Below are positions 1 through 10,755 of a stretch of 64,000 nt of DNA, piece after piece. Numbering within the stretch: position 1 is the first letter of the stretch; every line of letters begins with the position of its first letter. Both the position numbers and the translations under genes were made by a program. The notes beneath the pieces are model-generated. The model saw only the letters and a list, made by a program, of their open reading frames with translations, did not search any database and had not been told where the DNA came from. The stretch lies in the NCBI GenBank assembly GCA_018818165.1, contig JAHISP010000014.1:11875-75874 (forward strand). The letters run 5' to 3'. The DNA comes from Bacteroidota bacterium (GTDB taxonomy: Bacteria; Bacteroidota; Ignavibacteria; Ignavibacteriales; Melioribacteraceae).

Positions 1-924
1 AGTCCAAGAATTGGAATTGCACACCCAATATCAGATAGAACTCAATTACATTTTTCATATGGACATTTTTTCCAAAATCCTGAGTATCAATTCTTATATG
101 AAAACAAGCAATACGATTATGATGTTCGTGAACCTTTGTTTGGTCAACCAAACTTAGACGCTCAAAGAACAGTGGCATATGAATTTGGAGTTACACATCA
201 ATTCACCGATAAAATGGCTATTAGTCTAAGCGCTTATTATAAAGATGTAACAGGTTTAATAGGAACACGCTACTATTTCCCTTATGTTGACGGAAGATTT
301 ACTGGATATACACAATATGTAAATGAGGATTATGCAAACATAAAGGGATTTGAAATAAATGTTGATGCAAGATCTACAAAATACTTTTCAGGTGGTTTAA
401 CTTATACATTCTCTATGGCGAGAGGAAGTGCTTCATCAGAAACAGAGCAATATCCAGGAACTGATGAATCTACATTGCTTTATTATCTTGATTTTGATAA
501 AAGACATGTAATTAATCTGAGTACTACTTTTAAAATACCTAAAGATGAAGGTGTAGAAATATTTAATTCTAAAATATTTGAAAACATGGATTTTACTTTT
601 GTTGCACGTGCTGGTTCGGGTTATCCTTATACGCCAAGCGGTCGAGATATTGGGTTTGTTGTAAAAAATTCTTTGCGCTTACCTTGGAATTATACAATTG
701 ACGTATCTATAGTTAAAGAGTTATCCATTACAGATTATGCTGATCTTAGAATATTTGCCGAAGTGCTTAATTTAACAGACTACAAGAACATCATTTATGT
801 TTATCCTGATACTGGAGACCCAGAGTCTACAAATGTTGGAATTCATTCTGATGAATATATAAAAGATCCTTCAAACTATGGACCTCCTAGACTCGTGAGG
901 CTTGGCTTAGGAATTAAATTCTAA
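1..924 (+). CDS. TonB-dependent outer-membrane receptor, C-terminal beta-barrel part (5' end outside window)
   Basis: Frame 1 is open from nt 1 (the track starts at an internal Met at 136). Alternating Y/F/G-rich beta-strand pattern. Ends ...RLGLGIKF with a terminal aromatic residue, typical of OM barrels. Confidence 0.75.
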   Translation, partial: SPRIGIAHPISDRTQLHFSYGHFFQNPEYQFLYENKQYDYDVREPLFGQPNLDAQRTVAYEFGVTHQFTDKMAISLSAYYKDVTGLIGTRYYFPYVDGRFTGYTQYVNEDYANIKGFEINVDARSTKYFSGGLTYTFSMARGSASSETEQYPGTDESTLLYYLDFDKRHVINLSTTFKIPKDEGVEIFNSKIFENMDFTFVARAGSGYPYTPSGRDIGFVVKNSLRLPWNYTIDVSIVKELSITDYADLRIFAEVLNLTDYKNIIYVYPDTGDPESTNVGIHSDEYIKDPSNYGPPRLVRLGLGIKF

Positions 925-957
925 AAAATGTATTGAAAATTTGAATGGTATAAAAAA

Positions 958-3690
958 ATGAAAAAAACATTATTGATATTACTAATATTTACTATAACAT
1001 TTCCTTTGGTTGCACAAAACAAATATCTGGATAAGGATAAAGAATCACTGCACAAAACAGAAGGCATAGTAGATAGAGCTGGTGGCACACACAATGCAAG
1101 TAACATTGGGTTGTTTTTTGAAAATAGAGGAAAGCTATATCCTCGAAGATTAACCCAAGGACCTTCTGGTGAGTTCCCAATAAATAGTGGAATGCACTAC
1201 ATTTACAGAATAAATCCAATGATAGGAATAGCAGGTAATGTGGCTCAAGTACGTTATACCGAAAATGAAGAATTTGAAGCGGTTGGTGGTTATAATAACC
1301 CAGATTTAGCATTGATAGCGTTTTCTGATGACCCAATTACATGGCCAAAAACGGGATGGCCTGTGATGGATGCTAATGGTAATCCAATAATGAAATCGCA
1401 GCAAGATAGTTATTGTGTTTATGACGATTTGAATAATACTAGGAAAAGACTAAATATTGAAGTGGCGCAAACAGGTTATGCATATGGAATCAATTTCGCT
1501 AAAAATATTCTATTTTTCAAATATGATATTGTAAATAAAAGCACAGAAAATTATAATGGATTTTACTTTAGTCTATATTCTGATTTTGATATTGGAAATG
1601 TTAGTGGAGGCGAGCCAGAATGGAGCGATGACAAAGTTGCATTTAACAAAGAAGATAATTTATTATATTTCTACGATGATGGAATTTCAACCGAATGGCC
1701 CGGGGGAAAAACGGGAATGATGGGACTTGCTTTTCTAAAAACTCCAGAAGTTAATGGTATAGAGCTTGGAATTACCGATTGGCATTATAATCTTTATGAT
1801 GACGACCAAGATCAAGATACGATTCAATATGGAATTATGTCAAGTGCGAAATCACTATTTAATTCAAATTTAAGTGATAAATATTTTCATGTGGGAAATA
1901 ATTCAAATATCCATTATGATGACCCTTCTACAATACCTGATAATGGAATTGACTTAGTTGCCAACATGAGTAGTGGTCCTTACACGCTTGCCGCTGGGGA
2001 TACTTTATCGTTTTATACCGCAATAATAGCTGGCGAAACCTACGACGAATTAATGGAATACGTTAACAACGCATATAAAATAATGGATTTCAATTTCGAA
2101 ATAAGTAAGCCTCCAGTTACCCCAACCTTAAGCAGTGTCTCGGGGGATTCAAAGGTTACATTGTATTGGGATGATAAAGCCGAGAAATCACTTGACAATT
2201 TTAGTGGTGAGTATGACTTTGCAGGTTATCGATTATATAAAAGCATAGATGATGGAATTACTTGGGAAAAAATAGCTGAGTATTTACTGAATAGTAAAAC
2301 AGGATTACAATATAGTTACACCGATACAAAAGTTAACAATGGTTTTGAATACTGGTATTCAATTACCGCCTTTGATAGAGGGGATTCCACAACAGCTAGT
2401 CTTGAAAGCCCAAAAGGCTCAAATACTCGAGCTCAAAATTTAATATCTGCTATGCCTTTGTCAGCGCCAGCTGGGTATTCTCCAGTGTATTCTGATAATG
2501 TTGTTCATCTCGGAGAAGGTAAAGCAAATTATGATTTAAGTATTAAACCTGTTAATAACGATAATTTAAGTGGAAATGAATACAATGTGGGTTTTTACTA
2601 TGTGGCAAAAAAAGAAAAAGGAAAATTGAAAACCAATATTGAAATAATGGTTAAAGATTCAGTTGCAACGGAAATGACAGGGTATGGAATTCATTTCCTT
2701 TCAAGTAATACATACGAACTTATTAATCTTGATACGGATGAAGAAGTTCCACCAAATCCTAGAACCTATCTTTCTGGGAGAGAATATAAATTGAATAAAG
2801 GACTTTCTGTTAAACTTACTGATATGGATAAAACGGATACAGAACATTTGCCAAAAGCTGGAGATTACATAAGTGTGCATTTTGGGATTAATGCTATTCG
2901 AAATAATTCTGATACAGTTATAAGTACAAGACAGTTTATTTTTGATCAAGAGCAAGCAACTAATGACGGAGTAATTATTTCTATGCATAAACCAAATTCG
3001 GTGCAAGATGTATCTAGAATAGGAGGTAATGACAATATTGAAATATCGTTTGATGTTGATGATGAAGCAAACTTGAGAGAAACAACTTACCTTATTAGTG
3101 TCCTTAATAATTCTATTGACGCTGACAAGAAAGCGTTTATAAAAATTGAAATAAAAGACTCGTTCAACGAAAGTTTAGTTGCTACATTTGAGTCACTTTA
3201 TACTATGGATACATTCGTCTTTAATGGACTGGTTGGAACAGTTGAATTTAATCCAGAAGTGCCTCCTAGTGCCGGTAACATATTTTCGGTTACTTCAATA
3301 ATTCCAACTGGTCCCAATTTACAAGATAGTTATACTTTCTCCATAAGTGGCTCTTCAATTGATAAAAAACTTGAATCTACAGAAATGAGTAATATTAAAG
3401 TAGTGCCAAATCCATATATTGTTTCTTCACTTTACGAACCTGAATTTGGAGAATTAAGAAAAGAACCGTTAAGACAAATCCAGTTTATAAACCTTCCATC
3501 ACAATGTACAATATCCATTTTTACAGTTGATGCCGATTTAGTTAAAACTTTATATCACGATACAAATAGTGGTAATGAGCATTGGGATTTAAAAGCAGAA
3601 GGTGGACGAGAAATTGCCCCAGGAATATATATATACGTAGTTAAAACGGCAACATCCGAATATATGAACCGATTTGCAATAATTAAATAA
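958..3690 (+). CDS. Large secreted protein with an Fn3-like domain and a T9SS-type C-terminal sorting domain
   Basis: Signal peptide MKKTLLILLIFTITFPLVAQ. Fn3-like block VTLYWDD...AGYRLYKS...YWYSITAFD. C-terminus VVPNPY...CTISIFTVDADLVKTL...APGIYIYVV resembles the Por secretion tail. Confidence 0.8.
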   Translation: MKKTLLILLIFTITFPLVAQNKYLDKDKESLHKTEGIVDRAGGTHNASNIGLFFENRGKLYPRRLTQGPSGEFPINSGMHYIYRINPMIGIAGNVAQVRYTENEEFEAVGGYNNPDLALIAFSDDPITWPKTGWPVMDANGNPIMKSQQDSYCVYDDLNNTRKRLNIEVAQTGYAYGINFAKNILFFKYDIVNKSTENYNGFYFSLYSDFDIGNVSGGEPEWSDDKVAFNKEDNLLYFYDDGISTEWPGGKTGMMGLAFLKTPEVNGIELGITDWHYNLYDDDQDQDTIQYGIMSSAKSLFNSNLSDKYFHVGNNSNIHYDDPSTIPDNGIDLVANMSSGPYTLAAGDTLSFYTAIIAGETYDELMEYVNNAYKIMDFNFEISKPPVTPTLSSVSGDSKVTLYWDDKAEKSLDNFSGEYDFAGYRLYKSIDDGITWEKIAEYLLNSKTGLQYSYTDTKVNNGFEYWYSITAFDRGDSTTASLESPKGSNTRAQNLISAMPLSAPAGYSPVYSDNVVHLGEGKANYDLSIKPVNNDNLSGNEYNVGFYYVAKKEKGKLKTNIEIMVKDSVATEMTGYGIHFLSSNTYELINLDTDEEVPPNPRTYLSGREYKLNKGLSVKLTDMDKTDTEHLPKAGDYISVHFGINAIRNNSDTVISTRQFIFDQEQATNDGVIISMHKPNSVQDVSRIGGNDNIEISFDVDDEANLRETTYLISVLNNSIDADKKAFIKIEIKDSFNESLVATFESLYTMDTFVFNGLVGTVEFNPEVPPSAGNIFSVTSIIPTGPNLQDSYTFSISGSSIDKKLESTEMSNIKVVPNPYIVSSLYEPEFGELRKEPLRQIQFINLPSQCTISIFTVDADLVKTLYHDTNSGNEHWDLKAEGGREIAPGIYIYVVKTATSEYMNRFAIIK

Positions 3691-3708
3691 CAAAAACTTG
3701 GAATTAAA

Positions 3709-4704
3709 ATGACGAAAAATTATTTTATAATATTTGTTTTCTTGTTAACAGTTCAAGTAATTGCACAAAACCCAAATTTGGGAACGTCGGGAGCACAATT
3801 TCTCGAAATACCTGTTGGAGCAAGGGGTGCAGCTTTGGGTGGAGCTTATATTGGTTTGGCTGATGATATAACAGCAGTATTTTGGAATCCAGCTGGAGTT
3901 GCCAATATTGCGTCGAACGCAGCCCATTTTTCATACATGAGATGGTTTGATATGTTTGATTATAATGCTGTTGCAGTAGGCTTTAATGTAAAAGATATAG
4001 GTGCTTTTTCAGTTAGCGCGGTTGTTTTTTCGATGGATAAAACTGAAATTACAACAGAGCTTGAACCGAATGGTACTGGAAGATACTTTGATGCAATGGA
4101 TTTAGCTATTGGAATCACTTATTCAAAATTCTTAACAGATAAATTTGCATTTGGAATTACAGCAAAATATATTTCTCAAATGATTTGGAACGAAAGCGCC
4201 GAGGGATTTGCGTTTGATGTTGGTACTCAATATAGACTTGATTGGCAAAACATTACAATTTCAATGAGTATGAGAAATTTTGGTTCCGACTTGCAATATT
4301 TAGGTGAAGATTTAAATGTTATTTACGATAAATCAACGACTTTGCCTAAGAATAGATTAACTCCAGCAAGCCTTGAAACAGATTCATATCCACTACCATT
4401 AGTTTTTCAAGTGGGAATAAACCTTGATTTAATTACGTCAGATGTATTTTCAGTGAGAGCAGAAATTGATGCTGTGCATCCAAATGACAATAGAGAAAGA
4501 CTGAATATCGGTTCAGAGATTTCGTTTTTCGATAGATTATATTTAAGAGGTGGGTATAGATATAATTACGATGACGAAGACTTGGTATTTGGCGCTGGTG
4601 CTTCTGTTCCTTTTAAAGATACTAAAGTAAAATTTGATTATTCTTATGGATTAAATAACATTCTCCCAAATGTTCATCGAATTTCAGTTGGGGTTGATTT
4701 TTAA
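3709..4704 (+). CDS. PorV/PorQ-family outer-membrane beta-barrel (T9SS-associated)
   Basis: Signal peptide, then the motif GARGAALGGAYIGLADDITAVFWNPAGV characteristic of the PorV-like family. Beta-strand-rich, ends ...SVGVDF. Confidence 0.6.
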   Translation: MTKNYFIIFVFLLTVQVIAQNPNLGTSGAQFLEIPVGARGAALGGAYIGLADDITAVFWNPAGVANIASNAAHFSYMRWFDMFDYNAVAVGFNVKDIGAFSVSAVVFSMDKTEITTELEPNGTGRYFDAMDLAIGITYSKFLTDKFAFGITAKYISQMIWNESAEGFAFDVGTQYRLDWQNITISMSMRNFGSDLQYLGEDLNVIYDKSTTLPKNRLTPASLETDSYPLPLVFQVGINLDLITSDVFSVRAEIDAVHPNDNRERLNIGSEISFFDRLYLRGGYRYNYDDEDLVFGAGASVPFKDTKVKFDYSYGLNNILPNVHRISVGVDF

Positions 4705-4774
4705 TTTTAGGAAGTACTTTGTGAAAACAGAAATAATATTTAATTAAATAAGCTAATACAAAACTGAAACAATT

Positions 4775-6259
4775 ATGAAAAACCTGATTTCTATTACGGC
4801 ATTGTTTTTTGCTTTGGGATGTTCGCATTCAATAAAAGCACCAATAGAGAAAAATAAATTTGTAAAATTAACCTCATATAGTGAAATTATTGACTTTGTT
4901 AAACAGTCTAAAGTTAGAAACAAATTAATTGATATTGAATATTTTGCTGTTTCGGCAGAGGGAAAAAATATTCCAGCATTAACAATTTCAAAAGATAATT
5001 TTACAAATTCTAATAAAATTAGAGTAATGATTTTTGCTCAACAGCATGGTGATGAACAATCTGGAAAAGAAGGTCTATTATTATTACTTAACGATATTGC
5101 TACAGGAAACTTAGATTATTTGTTTGATAGATTAGATGTAATTCTTGTTCCTCAAGTTAATCCAGATGGAAGTGAAAAAGATACAAGAAGAAATGGGAAC
5201 AATGTTGACTTAAATAGGAACCACCTCGTGCTATCTGAAAGTGAAACAACAGGACTTCATGAATTATTCTATAAGTATTTACCTGATGCTACATTAGATG
5301 TTCATGAATATTTTCCATATAGCAAAGACTGGTTAGAATATGGTTATTTGAAAAATTATGACGAACAAATAGGGACTTTAACAAATCCTAATGTTTCTTC
5401 AAATATTGTAAAGATGCAAAAAGAAGAATACTTGAAATATATTAATGATTATTTAACTAAATCTGGCTTTTCATATAACGAATACATTGTAGGAGGTCCT
5501 CCGCAAATGAACAGAATAAGATATAGCACTATTGATGTTAATGACGGTAGGCAGAGTTTTGGTATATTGAATTCATTTTCGTTTATTCAGGAAGGGAAAA
5601 ATGGAACAAATTCACTTGAAAATATTGAGCATCGTACACGTGGACAGTATCAAGGAATGAAAGGTTTTTTACAATATTTGTATAATAATTCTCGTGAAAT
5701 CAAATCTTTAGTCAAAAGGGAACGAGACAAATTGATTAATCCTTCTCTTGACGAAGATATTGTAATAAGAATGGAGCATGTAAAAGGAGATTCACCAGTT
5801 ATGATAAAACTAAAATCTATTAGTACTGGTGAAGATTCAATATTTAAAGTAGATGATTTTAATTCTAAAATATGTACTTATTTAGAAGTTAAAAAACCGA
5901 AAGGTTACCTTCTTCCTAAAACTGATACTAAACTAAAAGCTCTCATAGATAAGCACCATATGAAATATTCGGAATTTACGGCAAACAAAAATGAATCTAT
6001 TGTTCAATATCACATCTTAGATATGAAAAAATCCATTGATGAGGAAGACGAACATTTTGACCCTGTTGTAAAAGAAGAAGTAGTTGTAAATTTAGATACA
6101 AGTCATTATTATTATGTTCAAACCAATCAATTGGCTTCAAATTTAATAGTAATTGCCTTTGAACCTCAATCAATGCTTGGCATTTCTCAATATGCCGATT
6201 ACAATTATTTATTTGAAAAAGAAAAATACCCGATTCTTAAAGTTGTGGAAATAAAATAA
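4775..6259 (+). CDS. M14-family zinc carboxypeptidase (lipoprotein)
   Basis: Lipobox-like LFFALGCS. Zinc motif QQHGDEQSG (HxxE), then NPDG and NGNNVDLNRNH, typical of M14 peptidases. Confidence 0.8.
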   Translation: MKNLISITALFFALGCSHSIKAPIEKNKFVKLTSYSEIIDFVKQSKVRNKLIDIEYFAVSAEGKNIPALTISKDNFTNSNKIRVMIFAQQHGDEQSGKEGLLLLLNDIATGNLDYLFDRLDVILVPQVNPDGSEKDTRRNGNNVDLNRNHLVLSESETTGLHELFYKYLPDATLDVHEYFPYSKDWLEYGYLKNYDEQIGTLTNPNVSSNIVKMQKEEYLKYINDYLTKSGFSYNEYIVGGPPQMNRIRYSTIDVNDGRQSFGILNSFSFIQEGKNGTNSLENIEHRTRGQYQGMKGFLQYLYNNSREIKSLVKRERDKLINPSLDEDIVIRMEHVKGDSPVMIKLKSISTGEDSIFKVDDFNSKICTYLEVKKPKGYLLPKTDTKLKALIDKHHMKYSEFTANKNESIVQYHILDMKKSIDEEDEHFDPVVKEEVVVNLDTSHYYYVQTNQLASNLIVIAFEPQSMLGISQYADYNYLFEKEKYPILKVVEIK

Positions 6260-6285
6260 TTATGAGTAATTTTTTTCTTCATGTT

Positions 6286-8010
6286 CTAAGGATGAGGATG
6301 ATAATTTTCATTCCTAAAAACTTCTTTCCCTTTAAATAGAGTAAGCAGTACTTTTGTTTTACATATATCTTTGGTTGGAATATTAAAAATATCTGAATTA
6401 ATAATTATTAAATCTGCTGATTTCCCAACTTCAATTGAACCAGTTATATTTTCAAGATAATTAGCATAGGCTCCATTAATTGTAAAGCTAGTAATCATTT
6501 GTTCTAAACTAACAGTTTCGTCAGCCCACAATGCGCTATCACTTTTTGTGCTATCGGTATCAATTCTTGTTATTCCTGTTTGAATTGCAATAAATGGATT
6601 GCTTGGTATAGTAACAGGATAATCACTTGAAGAAGCAACAATTACCCCTGAGCTAAAAAAGCTTTTCATAGGGTATTCTATGTCGGCACGTTTTTGTCCT
6701 AAGTATGGCACCTGGATATTATAATAGTAGCTATCTTTTTTAAACCAATATGGTTGAGGCACGGCAATAATACCTAAATCTTTGAATCTAAGAATATCAC
6801 TTGGCGATACAAGTTGCAAATGGGTGATTAGATTTCGGGAGTTCTTTTTGCCACTTCTAGTATAAGCATATTCAAATGCATCTAGTGTGGTGCTAACAGC
6901 GGCATCCCCAATAGCGTGAACATGTATTTGAATAGAATTGTTTTCAAGTTCAGTACAAAATGTATTTAGCTTATTAACATTCCATAGTAATTTCCCATGT
7001 GAATTTGGTAAATGATTGTATGGCTCTTTTAAGTACGCAGTACCACCTTCAACAACACCATCAATAAATATTTTTGCAGCATTTATTCTAAATAAATCCC
7101 CTTTATGTTTATCCTGTTCTAAAAGAAGATTTTTTATTTGTTCTATACCTAAATCTGGGTCCAAATATATTGAAGCACGAAAACGCATATTTAATTTATT
7201 TTTCTTTTCAAGCAATGCATAAGCCGCAATTTCATCAACACCAAAATCAAGATAGGCGTCGTGTGCAGTTGTAATACCTAAAGCTAAAGCCATTTTTTGG
7301 TAAGCCTCTAACCCGGCAACTAATTCTTCTAAATTGTAATAAGGAAATAGAGTGTTCACTAAACTAGTAGCATTTTCTCTTAAAGTTCCACTAGGTTCGT
7401 TACTTCCTAAATATCGTTCAATAATACCACCTTTGGGATTTATCGTGTTTTTTGTTATCCCGGCTAATTCCAATGCTTTAGAATTAACCCATCTCGAATG
7501 CCCGTCTTCAGATGCCATTATAACAGGTATATCGCTTATTATTTTATCTAAATACTTTTTATCTGGTCCATTATTGGGGAAATCGTAATTGCTCCAACCT
7601 CTTCCCCTAATGAATTTAGCGTTGGGATGTTTTTCCCTAAAGGAATTTATTGCATTTTGAATATCGCTAATCTTTTTTAATCCATTTAGATTAACATCAT
7701 ACAATTGTTTAACTGTACTGATTGGATGACAATGACTATCAATAAACCCTGGCAACACATTTTTGCCCTTTAAATCTATAACTTGTGTGAAATCATCTAT
7801 AAATATTTCAACATTTTTGCTTTGTCCAACAAAAATAAATTTCCCATCTTTTATCGCAACTGCTTCAGCAGTTGTTCTATTTTTATCTGACGTGTATATA
7901 AAGCCATTCATTAATACTAAATCAGCTTTGGTTTCAATTTTATTTGTACATGAAAAAAATGTTAGAAATACTATTAACAAATAGTAACTGCTTGTGTAAA
8001 ATATTTTCAT
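6286..8010 (-). CDS. Amidohydrolase-family metallohydrolase (YtcJ-like), lipoprotein
   Basis: The track ORF extends to 8205, but that extension overlaps the divergent gene. The plausible start is the ATG at 8010 (MKIFYTSSYYLLIVFLTFFSC, lipobox). Contains PGFIDSHCH metal-binding motif, HVHAIGD and a C-terminal amidohydrolase fold. Confidence 0.8.
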   Translation of the reverse strand: MKIFYTSSYYLLIVFLTFFSCTNKIETKADLVLMNGFIYTSDKNRTTAEAVAIKDGKFIFVGQSKNVEIFIDDFTQVIDLKGKNVLPGFIDSHCHPISTVKQLYDVNLNGLKKISDIQNAINSFREKHPNAKFIRGRGWSNYDFPNNGPDKKYLDKIISDIPVIMASEDGHSRWVNSKALELAGITKNTINPKGGIIERYLGSNEPSGTLRENATSLVNTLFPYYNLEELVAGLEAYQKMALALGITTAHDAYLDFGVDEIAAYALLEKKNKLNMRFRASIYLDPDLGIEQIKNLLLEQDKHKGDLFRINAAKIFIDGVVEGGTAYLKEPYNHLPNSHGKLLWNVNKLNTFCTELENNSIQIHVHAIGDAAVSTTLDAFEYAYTRSGKKNSRNLITHLQLVSPSDILRFKDLGIIAVPQPYWFKKDSYYYNIQVPYLGQKRADIEYPMKSFFSSGVIVASSSDYPVTIPSNPFIAIQTGITRIDTDSTKSDSALWADETVSLEQMITSFTINGAYANYLENITGSIEVGKSADLIIINSDIFNIPTKDICKTKVLLTLFKGKEVFRNENYHPHP

Positions 8011-8110
8011 AATGTATTCTATTTTAATATTATAATAATTAAAGAAAAATTTTAAAATGTTATTATATTGGTGTATAAAATAAATATTATTATATAAATA
8101 TGGAATTAAA

Positions 8111-9217
8111 ATGTTAATTGAAAAAATTGAACTTAGACATGTAAAAATGGAACTAATAACACCGTTTGAAACATCCATGGGCGTTGAATTAGATGAAGAA
8201 CACATAATAATTGCTGTTTATAGCGAAGGTATTATTGGATGGGGAGAATGTGTTGCTGAAGAAACTCCTTATTATTCGTCCGAGACGGTTAAAACAGCTT
8301 GGCACATTTTAAAAGATTTTCTAATTCCTGTTATTCTAAATAAAAATATTAATTCAATTGATGAAGTAATACAATTATGGAATCGTATAAGGGGTCATAG
8401 AATGGCGAAAGCTGGGCTTGAATCAGCTCTATGGGATTTGTTTGCTAAAAGTAAAAATATTTCTCTTTCCAAATTGCTTGGTGGAACAAAAAATAGCATT
8501 GAAGTTGGTGTTAGTATTGGTATTCAAGAAACTCCACAAATTTTGATTGATAAGGTTAAACAATTTTTATCTGATGGTTATGGTCGAATTAAAATTAAAA
8601 TAGCACCTGGTAGAGATATAAGCTATGTTAAAGCACTTAGAGATGAGCTCCCTAATATTCGGTTACAAGTTGATGCAAATTCGGCATATACTCTAGGCAA
8701 TGTTAATATTTTAACAGCATTTGATTCTTATAATTTAGAGTTAATTGAGCAACCACTTGCATATGATGATATTTATGAACATTCAATTTTAGCTAAAAAA
8801 CTAAAAACTCCTCTATGTCTTGACGAAAGTATTCATTCTTTGGGTGATACAAAAGCTGCAGTTGAGCTGGGAAGTTGTAAAATAATTAATATCAAACCAG
8901 GCAGAGTGGGTGGTTACACCGAGTCAAAAAAAATTCATGATTATTGTCAAAGTAACAATATTCCTGTTTGGCATGGAGGAATGCTTGAATCAGGAATTGG
9001 GAGAGCTGGTAATATTGCTTTAGCATCACTACCAAATTTTATTCTACCTGGAGATATCTCAGCAAGCAAAAAGTATTATAAACATGATATTATTGATCCA
9101 TCTTTTGACATCAATAAAGATAGCACAATGAATGTACCCAAAGGTCCAGGTATTGGGGTTGAAGTTATTCAATCTCAATTAGATGTTATAACTATTTATA
9201 AGGAAATATTTAATTAA
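8111..9217 (+). CDS. Enolase-superfamily enzyme, o-succinylbenzoate synthase / N-acylamino-acid racemase type
   Basis: Motifs RIKIKIAPG (KxK), VDANSAY, IEQPL, LDES and NIKPGRVGG are typical of the MLE subgroup OSBS/NAAAR. Confidence 0.8.
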   Translation: MLIEKIELRHVKMELITPFETSMGVELDEEHIIIAVYSEGIIGWGECVAEETPYYSSETVKTAWHILKDFLIPVILNKNINSIDEVIQLWNRIRGHRMAKAGLESALWDLFAKSKNISLSKLLGGTKNSIEVGVSIGIQETPQILIDKVKQFLSDGYGRIKIKIAPGRDISYVKALRDELPNIRLQVDANSAYTLGNVNILTAFDSYNLELIEQPLAYDDIYEHSILAKKLKTPLCLDESIHSLGDTKAAVELGSCKIINIKPGRVGGYTESKKIHDYCQSNNIPVWHGGMLESGIGRAGNIALASLPNFILPGDISASKKYYKHDIIDPSFDINKDSTMNVPKGPGIGVEVIQSQLDVITIYKEIFN

Positions 9218-9276
9218 GTTAGAAATACTAATTTCACTATTTCAATAATGCCAATCTGACCATTTTTAAAACAAAA

Positions 9277-9300
9277 AACCTCCAAAAAATTTTGGAGGTT
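9277..9300. terminator. Bidirectional rho-independent terminator between convergent genes
   Basis: Perfect hairpin AACCTCCAAAA-AA-TTTTGGAGGTT with A/T runs on both sides. Confidence 0.7.
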
Positions 9301-9321
9301 TAAGTTTAGCAAAATAAAAAT

Positions 9322-10113
9322 CTATCTAACGTGTTTCCACCAATAATAATATTTGTTTTCCAAATCATTAATAGAAGGCATTGGGAAAAATTTATAATCA
9401 GTTGGCGAGAAGAACCAAAATCCATGTCGTAAATAACTAAAAGATAAATCGCGAAGTAGCGAACCTAATCCAACAGTTTTTGTTGCTTTATCGGGAATGT
9501 TTCGTAGCTCTTTAATGCTATCATACATTCTATAAGGATTAACGCGTGGTAAATCGATATTAAAAATTTCACTTTGTTTGTTTGATGCCAAAAAGTGTTC
9601 AATATCAAATTCAATTTGTGTAAAGCATATTTTAGGAGCACCTTTTGAGTCGGTTCCAGTAGTAATATATTTACCAAAATCTCTTTGATCAAAAGTAGAA
9701 AGCACCAAATTTTCGAGCGGAGTAATTTCTTGATAAGTTCTAATCATTCCAGGTTCGTTAATTGCAGTATATTCTTGAGGTTCAATAGTTAAAACTTTTC
9801 CGTTTGATGTACAAAGATTAAGAGTTTTAATAGCAGAAATATCAATATCGGCAAGAACGCCATAAGATTTAATAAATTTAGTTTTTTTAGGAGAACCATC
9901 CTCGTGAGGAACTGTTAAATCGAGGTATTTTTGAATATTGCAACATTCACTTCTATACTCTGGGTCAAGTTCTGCAAAAATTACTTTTCCACTATAATGC
10001 TTAGCGCCGCCAACTGTATAATGTTCGCCAAACTTGTCTGGCTCTAATTGTGAGGCAACAAGTGCATTAATTGGATAAACAATCATATATAAATGTTTTT
10101 TGTAATCAGCCAT
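9322..10113 (-). CDS. Conserved hypothetical protein (family not recognised)
   Basis: Clean 263-aa ORF with non-repetitive composition, sitting between a terminator and a promoter region. Confidence 0.7.
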   Translation of the reverse strand: MADYKKHLYMIVYPINALVASQLEPDKFGEHYTVGGAKHYSGKVIFAELDPEYRSECCNIQKYLDLTVPHEDGSPKKTKFIKSYGVLADIDISAIKTLNLCTSNGKVLTIEPQEYTAINEPGMIRTYQEITPLENLVLSTFDQRDFGKYITTGTDSKGAPKICFTQIEFDIEHFLASNKQSEIFNIDLPRVNPYRMYDSIKELRNIPDKATKTVGLGSLLRDLSFSYLRHGFWFFSPTDYKFFPMPSINDLENKYYYWWKHVR

Positions 10114-10335
10114 AGTTACTCCATTTCTTTAATAATAGTAAATACAAATCTATTAAATAGCAGTTCTAAGAGCAAGATATATGAATAATAAGAAATAATA
10201 AAATAGAATTTATAGTCTGTAAGTGAATATTATCAATTTCCAAATTAATTTGAAATCATTAAAATTCTATTCAATTGAAACTTTTGCTATATTGAAACAT
10301 CCAATTCCAAAATATTATGAAAATTAGGAAGAAAA

Positions 10336-10545
10336 ATGAAACAAATAATTCTTAAAAGAGTCCTTCCAGTTGTTGCTGGTGCGGCATTGGGATTTGCTTA
10401 TTATTATTATATTGGATGCGTAAGTGGTTCTTGCCCCATTACTAGTAATCCTTATATATCAACAGTTTATGGTGGTTTGTTAGGTGGTCTTCTATCTTTT
10501 CCTAGTAAACGCAAAAAAAAGGAAAAGGTAAATGAAAATAACTAA
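10336..10545 (+). CDS. Small two-TM membrane protein with a CxxxC motif
   Basis: 69 aa, hydrophobic, contains CVSGSC. Its end overlaps the next ORF, which suggests translational coupling. Confidence 0.6.
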   Translation: MKQIILKRVLPVVAGAALGFAYYYYIGCVSGSCPITSNPYISTVYGGLLGGLLSFPSKRKKKEKVNENN

Positions 10546-10741
10546 AGATATTGAAATTGAAGATTTGGTTAAAATATTACCAGAGGCAGTAGCATATTTA
10601 AGAGTGGAAGGCATTAGATGTTTGAGATGTGGAGAGCCAATTTGGGGCTCACTTGAAGCTGCTGCAAAAGATAAAGGTTTTAAGGATAAAGATGTAACTC
10701 GGTTTGTAAAAGAGCTAAATGAACTAGCTATTAAAAATTAA
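10532..10741 (+). CDS. DUF1858-type small redox-disulfide protein
   Basis: IEDLVKILPEAVAYL...IRCLRCGEPIWGSLEAAA matches the DUF1858 pattern (hybrid-cluster-protein-associated), with a CxxC motif. Confidence 0.65.
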   Translation: MKITKDIEIEDLVKILPEAVAYLRVEGIRCLRCGEPIWGSLEAAAKDKGFKDKDVTRFVKELNELAIKN

Positions 10742-10755
10742 AATATGGAGTTTAA

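Noticed and set aside
8011-8205. The 65-aa N-terminal extension of the amidohydrolase ORF in the track.
   Set aside because: It overlaps the divergent 8111 gene and has low-complexity composition. The internal ATG at 8010 yields a proper lipoprotein signal peptide.
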